A stretch of DNA of 64,000 nt from contig NZ_JBDKSS010000017.1 in the NCBI RefSeq assembly GCF_039680535.1, positions 47,650 through 111,649 on the forward strand, read 5' to 3'. The stretch comes from Parvibaculum sp. Lineage in GTDB: Bacteria > Pseudomonadota > Alphaproteobacteria > Parvibaculales > Parvibaculaceae. A model generated the notes under the pieces. The model did not search any database. It had not been told where the DNA came from and worked only from the letters and a program-made list of their open reading frames with translations. A program made the position numbers and the translations under genes. Below are positions 9,374-18,154 of this stretch, piece after piece (position 1 is the first letter of the stretch; every line of letters begins with the position of its first letter).

Positions 9374-10648
9374 TCAATGCATCTTGAAGCGGATCGGAAC
9401 CGACTTCGGCCCGCAGACGAAGTTCGCCTGCATCAGCTTGGGCGTACCGTTCAGTTCGACACTCTCCAAACGCGGCAGAAGCTCTTCCCACAGCACGCGC
9501 ATTTCCATGCGGCCGAGATGCTGGCCGAGGCAGACATGCGCGCCATAGCCGAAGGCGACATGCTTGTTGGGCGAACGGTCGATCTTGAAATCGAAGGGAT
9601 CGGCGAACACGTCCTCGTCGCGATTGCCGGACGGATAGCAGAGCATCATCCAGTCGCCCTTGGCGATCTTCTGGCCATGCACTTCGGCGTCGGCGGTCGC
9701 CGTGCGCATGAAATGCTTCACCGGCGTCACCCAGCGGATCGTCTCTTCGAGGAAGGACGGGATGAGCGAGGGATCGGCCTTGAGGCGCTTGAACTGGTCC
9801 GGACGCTCGGCGATGGCCCAGAGGCCGCCCGCCGTGGTGTTCGAGGTCGTGTCGTGACCCGCCGTCGCCGCGATGATGTAGTAGGACATGGCGGCGAAGT
9901 GATCGAGCGGCTGGCCGTCGATCGTCGCATTGGCGATGAGGCTGGCAAGATCCTCGCGCGGCTTGCGGCGGCGATCTTCGGTCATTTCGTTGAAGTAGGT
10001 GATGAACTCACCCACCGTCTCCGCGACAGCGGCGAGACCGGCCGCCGGGTCCTTCACTTCGGCGCCGAGGCGGTTCAGTTCCGGGTCGGCGCTGCCGAAG
10101 AGTTCCTGGGTCAGCTTGAGCATGCGCGGCTCATCGACTTCCGGCACGCCGAGCACTTCCATGATGACATGCAGCGGATAGAGGAAGGCGACGTCGCGCG
10201 CGAAGTCGCAGGTATCGCCCTTCGCGGCCATGCGATCGATGAAACCGCGCGCGATCTCACGGATGCGGTCTTCGAGCTTGCGCAGGTTCTGCGGCAGGAA
10301 GGCGCCCTGGGTAATGCGGCGATAGGCCATGTGGTCCGGGTTGTCCATCTGGACGAGCGAGCGCACGAGATGCGGCGAGCCGCCCATCATTTCGCGGACC
10401 TTCTGATCGACATCTTTGGGCACCAGCGTCGCGGCGCGGTCGCCATTGTGGAAGAGGTCGTTCTGACGCTCGACTTCCAGAATGTCGGCATGCTTCGTCA
10501 CCACCCAGAACGGGTCGTAGCCTTCGGGCGTCGCCTGGGCCAAGGGCATTTCCTTGCGCAGGAACGAGAAGGCGTCGTCGACGGGCTTACCCTCGGCATA
10601 GGCCTTCGGATCGACGATGGTATCGGCGATCTGCTGCGGAATCGTCAT
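9374..10648 (-). CDS. Cytochrome P450 monooxygenase
   Basis: Heme-thiolate loop FGYGAHVCLGQHLGRME, I-helix AGHDTTS and ExxR (ETIRW) are all present. Confidence 0.9.
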   Translation of the reverse strand: MTIPQQIADTIVDPKAYAEGKPVDDAFSFLRKEMPLAQATPEGYDPFWVVTKHADILEVERQNDLFHNGDRAATLVPKDVDQKVREMMGGSPHLVRSLVQMDNPDHMAYRRITQGAFLPQNLRKLEDRIREIARGFIDRMAAKGDTCDFARDVAFLYPLHVIMEVLGVPEVDEPRMLKLTQELFGSADPELNRLGAEVKDPAAGLAAVAETVGEFITYFNEMTEDRRRKPREDLASLIANATIDGQPLDHFAAMSYYIIAATAGHDTTSNTTAGGLWAIAERPDQFKRLKADPSLIPSFLEETIRWVTPVKHFMRTATADAEVHGQKIAKGDWMMLCYPSGNRDEDVFADPFDFKIDRSPNKHVAFGYGAHVCLGQHLGRMEMRVLWEELLPRLESVELNGTPKLMQANFVCGPKSVPIRFKMH

Positions 10649-10776
10649 AGGTCATCTCTCCCTGTTCGACCGCCCCTTCCGGCTCGCGCCTCGGCAGCGG
10701 GACGCCGGACCTCTCCGGCGGCATTGTTCTTGGGATGAATGTTGCTATACGTCCAACAACTATGTAAACAGCTAAT

Positions 10777-11412
10777 ATGTCGCTTGAGACCGAAAAGCAT
10801 GCGCCCGCTCGCCGCACTCAGGCGGAACGGCGCGCCCAATCGGACCGGAGCCTCCTGCTCGCGGCGGCTGAACTCATTGCAGAAGAAGGCTTTCAGGCGG
10901 CGACCTTCGAAAAGGTCGGCACGCGGGCGGGCTATAGCCGCGGGCTCGCAAGCCAGCGATTTGGCTCGAAGGAGGGCCTGATCGAGGCGCTGATCGACCA
11001 CCTGCACGAGCGTTCCGACGAGCTGGCAGCGGGGCTCCACCTCGAAGACCTGCCCGGCCTCGACGCGATTCTCGCATCGGTCGACGTCTATCTGCGCAAC
11101 TTCGAGGCGGAGCAGGCGGTGCGTTCCTATTTCGTGGCCATGGCGGGCTCCGTCGCCACCCTCTCCCGCTCGCGCACGGATTTCGCCGCCTCTCACCAGC
11201 GGGCGAAGGAACGCTTCCAGGCGCTCATCGAAAAAGGCCAGAAGGATGGCACCGTGGCGCTCGACCTCGTGGCCGAGACATCGGCGCTGATGGTGGGCAG
11301 CCTCCTCCTCGGCATCAGCACGCAATGTCTGATCGATCCGACGACGGACCTTCCGAGCGTCCGTGAAGCGGCGCTTACCACGCTGCGCCGGAGCCTCGGC
11401 GCGCGGAAATAG
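10777..11412 (+). CDS. TetR/AcrR-family transcriptional regulator
   Basis: N-terminal HTH (LLLAAAELIAEEGFQAATFEKVGTRAGYSRGL), 211 aa. It is divergent from the P450 operon across a 128-bp intergenic region. Confidence 0.85.
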   Translation: MSLETEKHAPARRTQAERRAQSDRSLLLAAAELIAEEGFQAATFEKVGTRAGYSRGLASQRFGSKEGLIEALIDHLHERSDELAAGLHLEDLPGLDAILASVDVYLRNFEAEQAVRSYFVAMAGSVATLSRSRTDFAASHQRAKERFQALIEKGQKDGTVALDLVAETSALMVGSLLLGISTQCLIDPTTDLPSVREAALTTLRRSLGARK

Positions 11413-11418
11413 CGCTGG

Positions 11419-11847
11419 TCAGGCGCGGGTGACCGGCTTTGCGCCGATATCCTGATAGAAGCGCAGCAGATAGCCGTCCGGGTCCTGCACGAGGAACTGG
11501 CGGTTGCCGAGAAGCTCGTCATCGCGGCGATACCACTTCTCCTCCATCGGCCGGAAGAACGGAACGCCATGCGCCTCAAGCGAGGCATGAAGCGCATCGA
11601 CATCGCCGACACGTATCTGGAAGTTGATGCCACGCCCGAAAGGCGGCGCGAGTTCAGCCGTATTCCATATGCGCTCCGGATCGACCGGCTGCTCGATCAT
11701 CAGCTGCGCGCCCTCGCGGTCGAGAAAGGCGAAGCGTTCTTCCCCGCGCATGTAGAGAATCTCGAAGCCGAGCACGTCGCGGTAGAAGGCGAGGCTGCGG
11801 TCGAAGTCGCTCACCTGGAGTTCGGGTACGAGCGGGTTGAACCTCAT
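11419..11847 (-). CDS. VOC (glyoxalase/bleomycin-resistance) family protein
   Basis: N-terminus PELQVSDFDRSLAFYRDVLGFEI is typical of VOC proteins. Length is 142 aa. Confidence 0.75.
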   Translation of the reverse strand: MRFNPLVPELQVSDFDRSLAFYRDVLGFEILYMRGEERFAFLDREGAQLMIEQPVDPERIWNTAELAPPFGRGINFQIRVGDVDALHASLEAHGVPFFRPMEEKWYRRDDELLGNRQFLVQDPDGYLLRFYQDIGAKPVTRA

Positions 11848-12707
11848 GGCAGGCCGAGCGACCGCAGAAAGTCGTCCACAGTGGCGGTGTAGCTGCTCAC
11901 AAGACCGAGCTCTTCATTCACCTCGCGATGCGTGAGCGCGACCGGATAGACGCCGGCGCGGCCGCCAAGCGATCTCGCCCTCTCCGCAAAGGCCCGACCT
12001 TGCGGACAGGAATCCTCGCGCTTGGTCGAGCAAACGATGAGTACAGGCTTGGGGTGCCCCGTCAGGCGTTGATAGGGCGAGGCCTTTTCCCAATAGGCGG
12101 GATCGTCGCCAAAGGCGCGGTCATAGAAACGGTAGTGCTTGGCCTTCATGATTTCGGGCACGTTCATCGCGCCGCTATCGAGCGACACGGTGCCGAGCCA
12201 GGGCTTCGCGCCCTGCGCCGACGCAATGCTCGTATCCGCCGTCAGCAGCATCACCAGATGCGCGCCCGCCGAATGCCCCATCAGCACCACCCGCGCCGGA
12301 TCGCCACCCCATGAAGCCGCATGAGCCTGCACGAAGGCGAGCGCCCGGGCGACATCGTCGGCCTGCATCACCGGATCGGCGTCCGGCACCATGCGGTAAT
12401 TGACCGACACGAAGATCGCGCCCTTGGGCACCCAATGCGCGACCTTGTTCTCGACAACGCGGCTCATCTCCTTGTCGCCCACGGCCCATGCGCCGCCATG
12501 CACCATGAAGATGATCGGCGCGCCCTTCGCACCCGCCGGCATGAAGACATCGAGGCGCTGATCCTTGGCCGCGCCATAGGCGATATCGCGCTCGACCTTC
12601 GTGCCTGCCGGAATATCGGGGCGTTTGGAGAAGAGCCCCGCAGATGCAGGGGCCGAAACAAGCAACACCGCCAGAAGAGAAAGGATTCGGAACGCATGCA
12701 ACCGCAT
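11844..12707 (-). CDS. Secreted alpha/beta hydrolase (esterase/lipase-like)
   Basis: I moved the start to ATG 12707 (MRLHAFRILSLLAVLLVSAPASA signal peptide), which has an AAGGAG RBS. Motifs VHGGAWAVGD and GHSAGAHL (nucleophile elbow) are present. Confidence 0.75.
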   Translation of the reverse strand: MRLHAFRILSLLAVLLVSAPASAGLFSKRPDIPAGTKVERDIAYGAAKDQRLDVFMPAGAKGAPIIFMVHGGAWAVGDKEMSRVVENKVAHWVPKGAIFVSVNYRMVPDADPVMQADDVARALAFVQAHAASWGGDPARVVLMGHSAGAHLVMLLTADTSIASAQGAKPWLGTVSLDSGAMNVPEIMKAKHYRFYDRAFGDDPAYWEKASPYQRLTGHPKPVLIVCSTKREDSCPQGRAFAERARSLGGRAGVYPVALTHREVNEELGLVSSYTATVDDFLRSLGLP

Positions 12708-12830
12708 CGACAACTCCTTGCGTGACCTTCGCATCATACGGCAGGCATCGGCATTTCCGTCGGCTTGGGCGATTGCATTTCTTCGCCTAGACTGCGCCCC
12801 CGCACCATGCCCGCTCAAGGAAACAGATCC

Positions 12831-13205
12831 ATGAAACTCTGGCTCACCATCGGCGCCCTGTCGGGCTTTCTCGCCGTCGCACTGGGCGCTTTCGGCTCTC
12901 ATGGTCTCGCCCATCGCGTGCCGCCGGAGCAGATTACCACCTTCGAAATCGGCGTCCGTTACCATATGTATCACGCGCTCGCGCTGTTCGCGGTCGCCTG
13001 GCTCGCATCGCGCGAACCCGGTGCCCTCGTCTCGACGGCGGGCTGGACCTTCGTCGCGGGCATCGTGCTTTTCTCCGGGTCGCTCTATTTCCTTGGACTG
13101 ACGGGTAGCAAGGCGCTGGTGCTGGTGACGCCCCTTGGCGGCGTCGCATTCCTGATCGGCTGGCTCTGCCTTTTCGCGGCGGGGCTCAAACTTCCCTCCG
13201 CCTGA
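12831..13205 (+). CDS. DUF423-family small membrane protein
   Basis: Start is ATG 12831 (MKLWLTIGALSGFLAVALGAFGSHGL). Four hydrophobic helices. Confidence 0.75.
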   Translation: MKLWLTIGALSGFLAVALGAFGSHGLAHRVPPEQITTFEIGVRYHMYHALALFAVAWLASREPGALVSTAGWTFVAGIVLFSGSLYFLGLTGSKALVLVTPLGGVAFLIGWLCLFAAGLKLPSA

Positions 13206-13338
13206 GGAAAAAGCGACGAAATCGCAGACTCATCCCCTGCCCCGCTGGACAGGCACATTATCGCTCCCTATCTTCATCACTATACCACGGTCTATTTTTG
13301 TGGAGAGACCCGAAAACCGGGCGAAATGGGGAGAAGCT

Positions 13339-14844
13339 ATGGGTGAGCAGGTTCTGATCATCGGCGCGGGAATCGCCGGACTTTCAACGGCGCTGGCGCT
13401 GGGGCGGACGGGCCGTGAAATCACGATCCTCGACCGCGACCCGCCCCCGCCCGAAACCTCTGCCGACGAAGCATTCGAGCAATGGGAACGCAAGGGCGTC
13501 GGCCATCTGCGTCACAGCCATGCCTTCCTCGCCCGGCTGCACAAGCTCATCCGCGACAATTACCCGGACCTGATGAAAGACCTGCTCGCCGCAGGCTGCG
13601 TCGAGATCGGCTTTGCCGAAAACATTCCGCCGAGGCTCCGCCCGCTCTACGAGCCCGCGCCGGAAGATGACGACCTCACCATTCTGACCAGCCGGCGAAC
13701 CACGCTCGAACTGGTGATGCGCCGCTACGTCGCCCGCCAGCCGCATGTCCGCTTCCATACGGAGACGCGCGTGCGCGGCCTCATTACCGAGCGCAGCGCC
13801 GACAGCCTGCGCGTGCGCGGCGTGATCGCGGAGGACGATGCAACCGGACGGCGCGAAATCTTCGCCGACGTCATCGTCGATGCGGCGGGCAAGAACAGCC
13901 TCGGCATCGATTGGCTGCGCGAGAAAGGCGCCACGATCGACGAAGTGGCCGCGCCCGCCGGCATTGTCTATTTCACGCGGCATTATCGCCTGCGCGACGG
14001 CGTGGAGCCGCCGGAGCGCGGCGACGCGCCGGGCGCCGCCGATATGCGCTACATCAAATACGGCCTCTTTCCCGCCGACAATCGCTGCTTCTCGATCACG
14101 CTCGCCGTGCCGGAAACCGAAATGGAGATCCGCCGCAGCATCGTGAAGCCCGAGATCTTCGACGCCATCTGCGCCGAGATTCCCGGCATTGCGAAATGGA
14201 CTGCGCCCGAAATCTCCGACGCGAAGAGCCGTGTCTTCGGCATGGGCGAACTCGTCAGCCGCTGGCGGACGATGGTGAAGGAGGGCCGGCCCGCCGCGCT
14301 CAACTATTTCCCGATCGGCGACGGCCTCATCCGCACCAACCCGCTTTACGGCCGCGGCTGTTCCTTTGCCGCGGTTTCGGCACATATCCTGTGCGACGTA
14401 CTTGAGGAGACGAGCGACCCCACCCAGCGCGCCGTGAAATATCACGCCAAGGTCGATGCGGAGCTGCGCCCCTATTACGACACGATGGTTCAGCAGGACC
14501 TCGCCGCAACCCGCGCGGCAAGGAATGCGCTCGATCCCGACCACAAGCCGGGTTTCAAGGCGCGCCTTCTGGCGAGCTTCATCGAAGACGGCATGATGAC
14601 CGCGGTGCGCTCGGATGTGCGCCTGCTGCGCGCCTTCATGCGCGGCTTCCACATGATCGAACACCCGTCACTCTGGCTGAAGAATCCGCGCAACTTTGCG
14701 AAGGTTCTTCTGGTCTGGGCCAGGGGCAAGAAGCGCAACGCTGCCTTCTATCCGCCAAAGCTCGGACCGGGCCGCCGCGAGATGCTGACAAAGCTCGGCC
14801 TTTCGCCGACGGCGGATTTCGAGCGGCTGAAGACGGCGGCCTAA
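13339..14844 (+). CDS. FAD-dependent oxidoreductase/monooxygenase-like protein
   Basis: Dinucleotide-binding fold VLIIGAGIAGLSTALAL...ILDRD. Start is ATG 13339 after a GGGGAGAAG RBS. Confidence 0.75.
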   Translation: MGEQVLIIGAGIAGLSTALALGRTGREITILDRDPPPPETSADEAFEQWERKGVGHLRHSHAFLARLHKLIRDNYPDLMKDLLAAGCVEIGFAENIPPRLRPLYEPAPEDDDLTILTSRRTTLELVMRRYVARQPHVRFHTETRVRGLITERSADSLRVRGVIAEDDATGRREIFADVIVDAAGKNSLGIDWLREKGATIDEVAAPAGIVYFTRHYRLRDGVEPPERGDAPGAADMRYIKYGLFPADNRCFSITLAVPETEMEIRRSIVKPEIFDAICAEIPGIAKWTAPEISDAKSRVFGMGELVSRWRTMVKEGRPAALNYFPIGDGLIRTNPLYGRGCSFAAVSAHILCDVLEETSDPTQRAVKYHAKVDAELRPYYDTMVQQDLAATRAARNALDPDHKPGFKARLLASFIEDGMMTAVRSDVRLLRAFMRGFHMIEHPSLWLKNPRNFAKVLLVWARGKKRNAAFYPPKLGPGRREMLTKLGLSPTADFERLKTAA

Positions 14845-14865
14845 AAGAAACAGGGAGGACACCAC

Positions 14866-15837
14866 ATGGCATTTCCAGAGCCTTACTACGTCAAGACCAA
14901 CGGCATCGACATGGCCGTCTATGAAGAAGGCCCGAAGGACGGCGTGCCGGTGGTGCTGTGCCACGGCTTCCCGGAACTCGCCTATTCATGGCGGCATCAG
15001 TTGCCCGCGCTTGCCAAGGCAGGCTTCCGCGCCATCGCGCCGGACCAGCGCGGCTATGGCAACACGGGCGGCCCCAAGGGACAGGAGTCCGTGCCGCTCT
15101 ATGACCTGAAGCATCTGACGGACGACCTTGCCGGAATGCTCGACGCGCTCGGCCTCGAAAAGGCGATCTTCGCCGGCCATGACTGGGGCGGCTTCGTCGT
15201 CTGGCAGATGGCGCTACGTCATCCGGACCGCGTCGCCGGCGTCATCGGCGTCAACACGCCCTTCATGCCGCGCTCCCCTATCGATCCCATCGAAGGCATG
15301 CGCGCCGTCTTCGGCGAGGACATGTATATCGTCTACTTCCAGAAATATGGCGAGGCCGACGCGCTGCTCGACAAGGACGTCGCCCGCTCCATGCGCTTCT
15401 GGTACCGCAAGACCGGCATGAAGCTGGCGGAATTCGACGCGCGGCCCGCCTCTGAAAAGAACCTCGCCTTCCTCAAGGGCTTCGCTGCGGATGAAAGCCT
15501 CTGGCCGGGCAAGGTGCTGCTCAACGAGGAAGAGCTCGCCTACTACACCGCCGCCTTCAGGAAATCGGGCTTCACCGGCGGCATCAACTGGTATCGGAAC
15601 TTCTCCCGCAACTGGAAGGACTCCGAAGGCCTCGTCGAGAAGGTGAACGTGCCGAGCCTTATGATCTCGGCGGCGGACGACATCGTGCTCCGGCCTTCGA
15701 TGGCGGACGGCATGGAGCAATTTGTTCCAGACCTCGAAAAGCATGTAATCCCCGATTGCGGCCACTGGACGCAGGCCGAGCAACCGGAGGCCCTCAACAG
15801 GCTCATGGTCGACTGGCTGAAGCGCCGCTTCGCCTGA
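14866..15837 (+). CDS. Epoxide hydrolase-like alpha/beta hydrolase
   Basis: HGFPELAYSWRHQ (HGxP oxyanion motif), GHDWGG nucleophile elbow and the C-terminal CGHWTQ histidine are present. The gene starts 21 nt after the FAD-oxidoreductase stop. Confidence 0.8.
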   Translation: MAFPEPYYVKTNGIDMAVYEEGPKDGVPVVLCHGFPELAYSWRHQLPALAKAGFRAIAPDQRGYGNTGGPKGQESVPLYDLKHLTDDLAGMLDALGLEKAIFAGHDWGGFVVWQMALRHPDRVAGVIGVNTPFMPRSPIDPIEGMRAVFGEDMYIVYFQKYGEADALLDKDVARSMRFWYRKTGMKLAEFDARPASEKNLAFLKGFAADESLWPGKVLLNEEELAYYTAAFRKSGFTGGINWYRNFSRNWKDSEGLVEKVNVPSLMISAADDIVLRPSMADGMEQFVPDLEKHVIPDCGHWTQAEQPEALNRLMVDWLKRRFA

Positions 15838-15851
15838 TCCAGACCTTCCGC

Positions 15852-15884
15852 AAAACGCCCCGGAAAGAAATCCGGGGGCGTTTT
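15852..15884 (+). terminator. Rho-independent terminator
   Basis: AAAACGCCCCGG-aaagaaat-CCGGGGGCGTTTT lies directly after the epoxide hydrolase stop. Confidence 0.6.
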
Positions 15885-16053
15885 CGCGTGTTTTGGGGAC
15901 GGCTTACATAATTGTTAGTGGGTTGTTGCAATGCCCCCAAGCCGTTATGATCCGCCGCCATTTTGAATGCGACGCAGCATGGGGTACATGAGGGGCTAGC
16001 CCCAATTTGACCGCGCCGCCTGCGGCGACGAAATAAGACAAGGAAGACGACGC

Positions 16054-17421
16054 ATGTCGCAGCAGGCGCTGGAACGGGAAGACGCGGCCGAAGCTCTGAT
16101 CGAGCCCGTGCCCGCCCCCGAAAAAACGGACAAGCATTCGAAGCTCGCGGCCATCGCCGGCGACCGGCCGCTCCGCATTCTGCTGCCGAGCTATCGCTCC
16201 AATCCGACCACGGGTGGACAGGGCGTCTATATGCGCCACATCTCCAAGGCGCTGGCCGATATGGGCCACCAGATCGACGTGATCTCGGGCCCGCCCTATC
16301 CCGAGCTCGACCCGCGCGTGAAGCTCATCAAGCTTCCCTCGCTCGACCTTTACGCCAATCCGCATCCGATCCTGTCGCTCCGTCCCTGGATGTTCGCCTG
16401 GCCGATCGATCTTTATGAGTGGTTCGCCCACGCGACCGGCGGTTTCTCCGAGCCCTACACCTTCTGCGAGCGCATGGCGCGCTATGTGCGCGGCACGGTT
16501 CAGGACTACGACATCTGCCACGATAACCAGACGCTCGGCTGGGGCCTGCTGAAGCTGCGCGACATGGGGCTCCCCATCGTCGGCACGATCCATCACCCGA
16601 TCACGATGGACCGCCGCATCGACATCGAGCACGCCAAGACGCTGACGCTGAAGATCCTGAAGCGCCGCTGGTATTCCTTCCTCGACATGCAGATCAAGGT
16701 CGCGCGCGAACTCGATCCGCTGATCGTCGTGTCGGAGAGCACGCGGCGCGACATCGTGAGCGAATTCGGCGTGAAGCCGGAGCGCACGCGTCTGGTGCTT
16801 CACGGCATCGACCACATCCAGTTCCGTCCCATGCCGCATATCAAGCGCCGTGACGATCTGATCGTTGCCTGCGCCAGCGCCGACGTGCCGCTGAAGGGGC
16901 TCATCTATCTCATCCGCGCCTATGCGGAACTGCTGAAGACGCGGCCCAACCTGAAGCTCAAGGTCATCGGCCGCCTGCGCGAGGGCAATACGTCCGACGA
17001 GCTGCGCGCCTTCGGCATCATGGACAAGGTGGAGTTCGTCGGCGGCATTACCGACGAGCAGATCACCGAGATCTACGCGGAAGCGACCATCGCCATTTCG
17101 CCGTCGGTCTATGAAGGCTTCGGCTTTCCCTGCGGCGAAGCCATGTCCTGCGGCACACCGGTCATCGCCACCACGGGCGGCTCGCTGCCGGAAGTCGTGG
17201 GCGATGCGGGCCTCGTCGTGCCCCACTCCAATCCGCCGGCGCTCGCTCAGGCGATCGCCACCCTGCTCGACGATCCGGAACTGCGCGCCCGTCTCGGCGC
17301 GGCCGGCCGCGAACGCATTCTCAAGAATTTCAAATGGGAACGCGCCGCACGCGAGGTCACCGAAATTTACAGGCAGACAATAGCTGATGCAGACCGTCGA
17401 TCTGAACGTGCTAGGGCTTAA
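16054..17421 (+). CDS. Glycosyltransferase family 4 (GT-B)
   Basis: C-terminal GT-B region YEGFGFPCGEAMSCGTPVIATTGGSLPEVV. Length is 455 aa. Confidence 0.8.
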   Translation: MSQQALEREDAAEALIEPVPAPEKTDKHSKLAAIAGDRPLRILLPSYRSNPTTGGQGVYMRHISKALADMGHQIDVISGPPYPELDPRVKLIKLPSLDLYANPHPILSLRPWMFAWPIDLYEWFAHATGGFSEPYTFCERMARYVRGTVQDYDICHDNQTLGWGLLKLRDMGLPIVGTIHHPITMDRRIDIEHAKTLTLKILKRRWYSFLDMQIKVARELDPLIVVSESTRRDIVSEFGVKPERTRLVLHGIDHIQFRPMPHIKRRDDLIVACASADVPLKGLIYLIRAYAELLKTRPNLKLKVIGRLREGNTSDELRAFGIMDKVEFVGGITDEQITEIYAEATIAISPSVYEGFGFPCGEAMSCGTPVIATTGGSLPEVVGDAGLVVPHSNPPALAQAIATLLDDPELRARLGAAGRERILKNFKWERAAREVTEIYRQTIADADRRSERARA

Positions 17422-18154
17422 AGAGGGCGACCGCGCGCTCGACCTCGGTTGCGGCAGGGGACGCCACGTCCATGCCATGTATTTTCACGCCCGCTGCCAC
17501 GTGGTCGGCCTCGACCTCGGCTTCGAGGATGTGAAGCATACGCGTGACGGTTTCGCCGCCTGCTTCGGTGCGTCGGACGAGACGCCGGGCAAGCCCGGCC
17601 TCTTCCCGGCCTGGACGGATGCGGACGAAATCAACAAGCATCACTATTCGCTCACCGTAGGCAACGCGCTGTCGCTGCCCTTCGCGGACGGCACGTTCGA
17701 CAAGATCATCTGTTCGGAAGTGCTGGAGCACATTCCCGACTACAAGCAGGCGGTGAGTGAGATCGAGCGCGTGCTGAAGCCGGGCGGAACGCTGGCGATC
17801 AGCGTACCCCGCTTCTGGACCGAATGGGTCTGCTGGGCGCTTTCCGACGATTATCACAATGAGCCCGGCGGCCATGTTCGCATCTTCAAGGAAGGCGAAC
17901 TCAAGGGCGCCGTCGAAGCCAGGGGCCTCAAGCATTTCTACCGGCATTGGGCGCATGGGCTTCACTCGCCCTATTGGTGGCTCAAATGCGCCTTCGGCGT
18001 GAAGCGCGAGGATGTGCCTGCGGTCAACGCCTACAAGCGCTTTCTCGAATGGGACATTCTGGAGCGGCCGTGGCTGACGCGCGCGCTCGAAAAGGTCGCA
18101 GCGCCTCTCATGGGCAAGAGCGTCGTTCTCTACTTCACCAAGGGAACGGCATGA
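17387..18154 (+). CDS. Class I SAM-dependent methyltransferase
   Basis: SAM motif I LDLGCGRGRH and the later FDKIICSEVLEHI. The gene overlaps the GT4 3' end by 35 nt. Confidence 0.8.
   Translation: MQTVDLNVLGLKEGDRALDLGCGRGRHVHAMYFHARCHVVGLDLGFEDVKHTRDGFAACFGASDETPGKPGLFPAWTDADEINKHHYSLTVGNALSLPFADGTFDKIICSEVLEHIPDYKQAVSEIERVLKPGGTLAISVPRFWTEWVCWALSDDYHNEPGGHVRIFKEGELKGAVEARGLKHFYRHWAHGLHSPYWWLKCAFGVKREDVPAVNAYKRFLEWDILERPWLTRALEKVAAPLMGKSVVLYFTKGTA

Noticed and set aside
9332-10738. 468-aa plus-strand ORF overlapping the P450 locus.
   Set aside because: It is antisense to a P450 that has an intact heme loop and I-helix, and I recognise no domain in it.
10649-10776. TetR operator in the P450/TetR divergent region (GTTG...CAAC around 10740..10760).
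   Set aside because: Only the outer 4 bp are complementary, and I could not read a convincing palindrome.
15992-16003. Perfect 12-bp palindrome GGGGCTAGCCCC upstream of the GT4 gene as an operator.
   Set aside because: It is a single short palindrome with no partner site and no adjacent regulator gene, so the evidence is insufficient.
15904-17478. 524-aa minus-strand ORF. The same applies to 13384..14664 (minus), 61963..63636 (plus), 61031..62005 (minus), 48563..49891 (minus) and 44569..45894 (minus).
   Set aside because: Each lies antisense to a gene with clear family motifs (GT4, FAD oxidoreductase, OMF, 2OG oxygenase, ACAD, biotin carboxylase). All show the same R/A/G/D-rich shadow composition.
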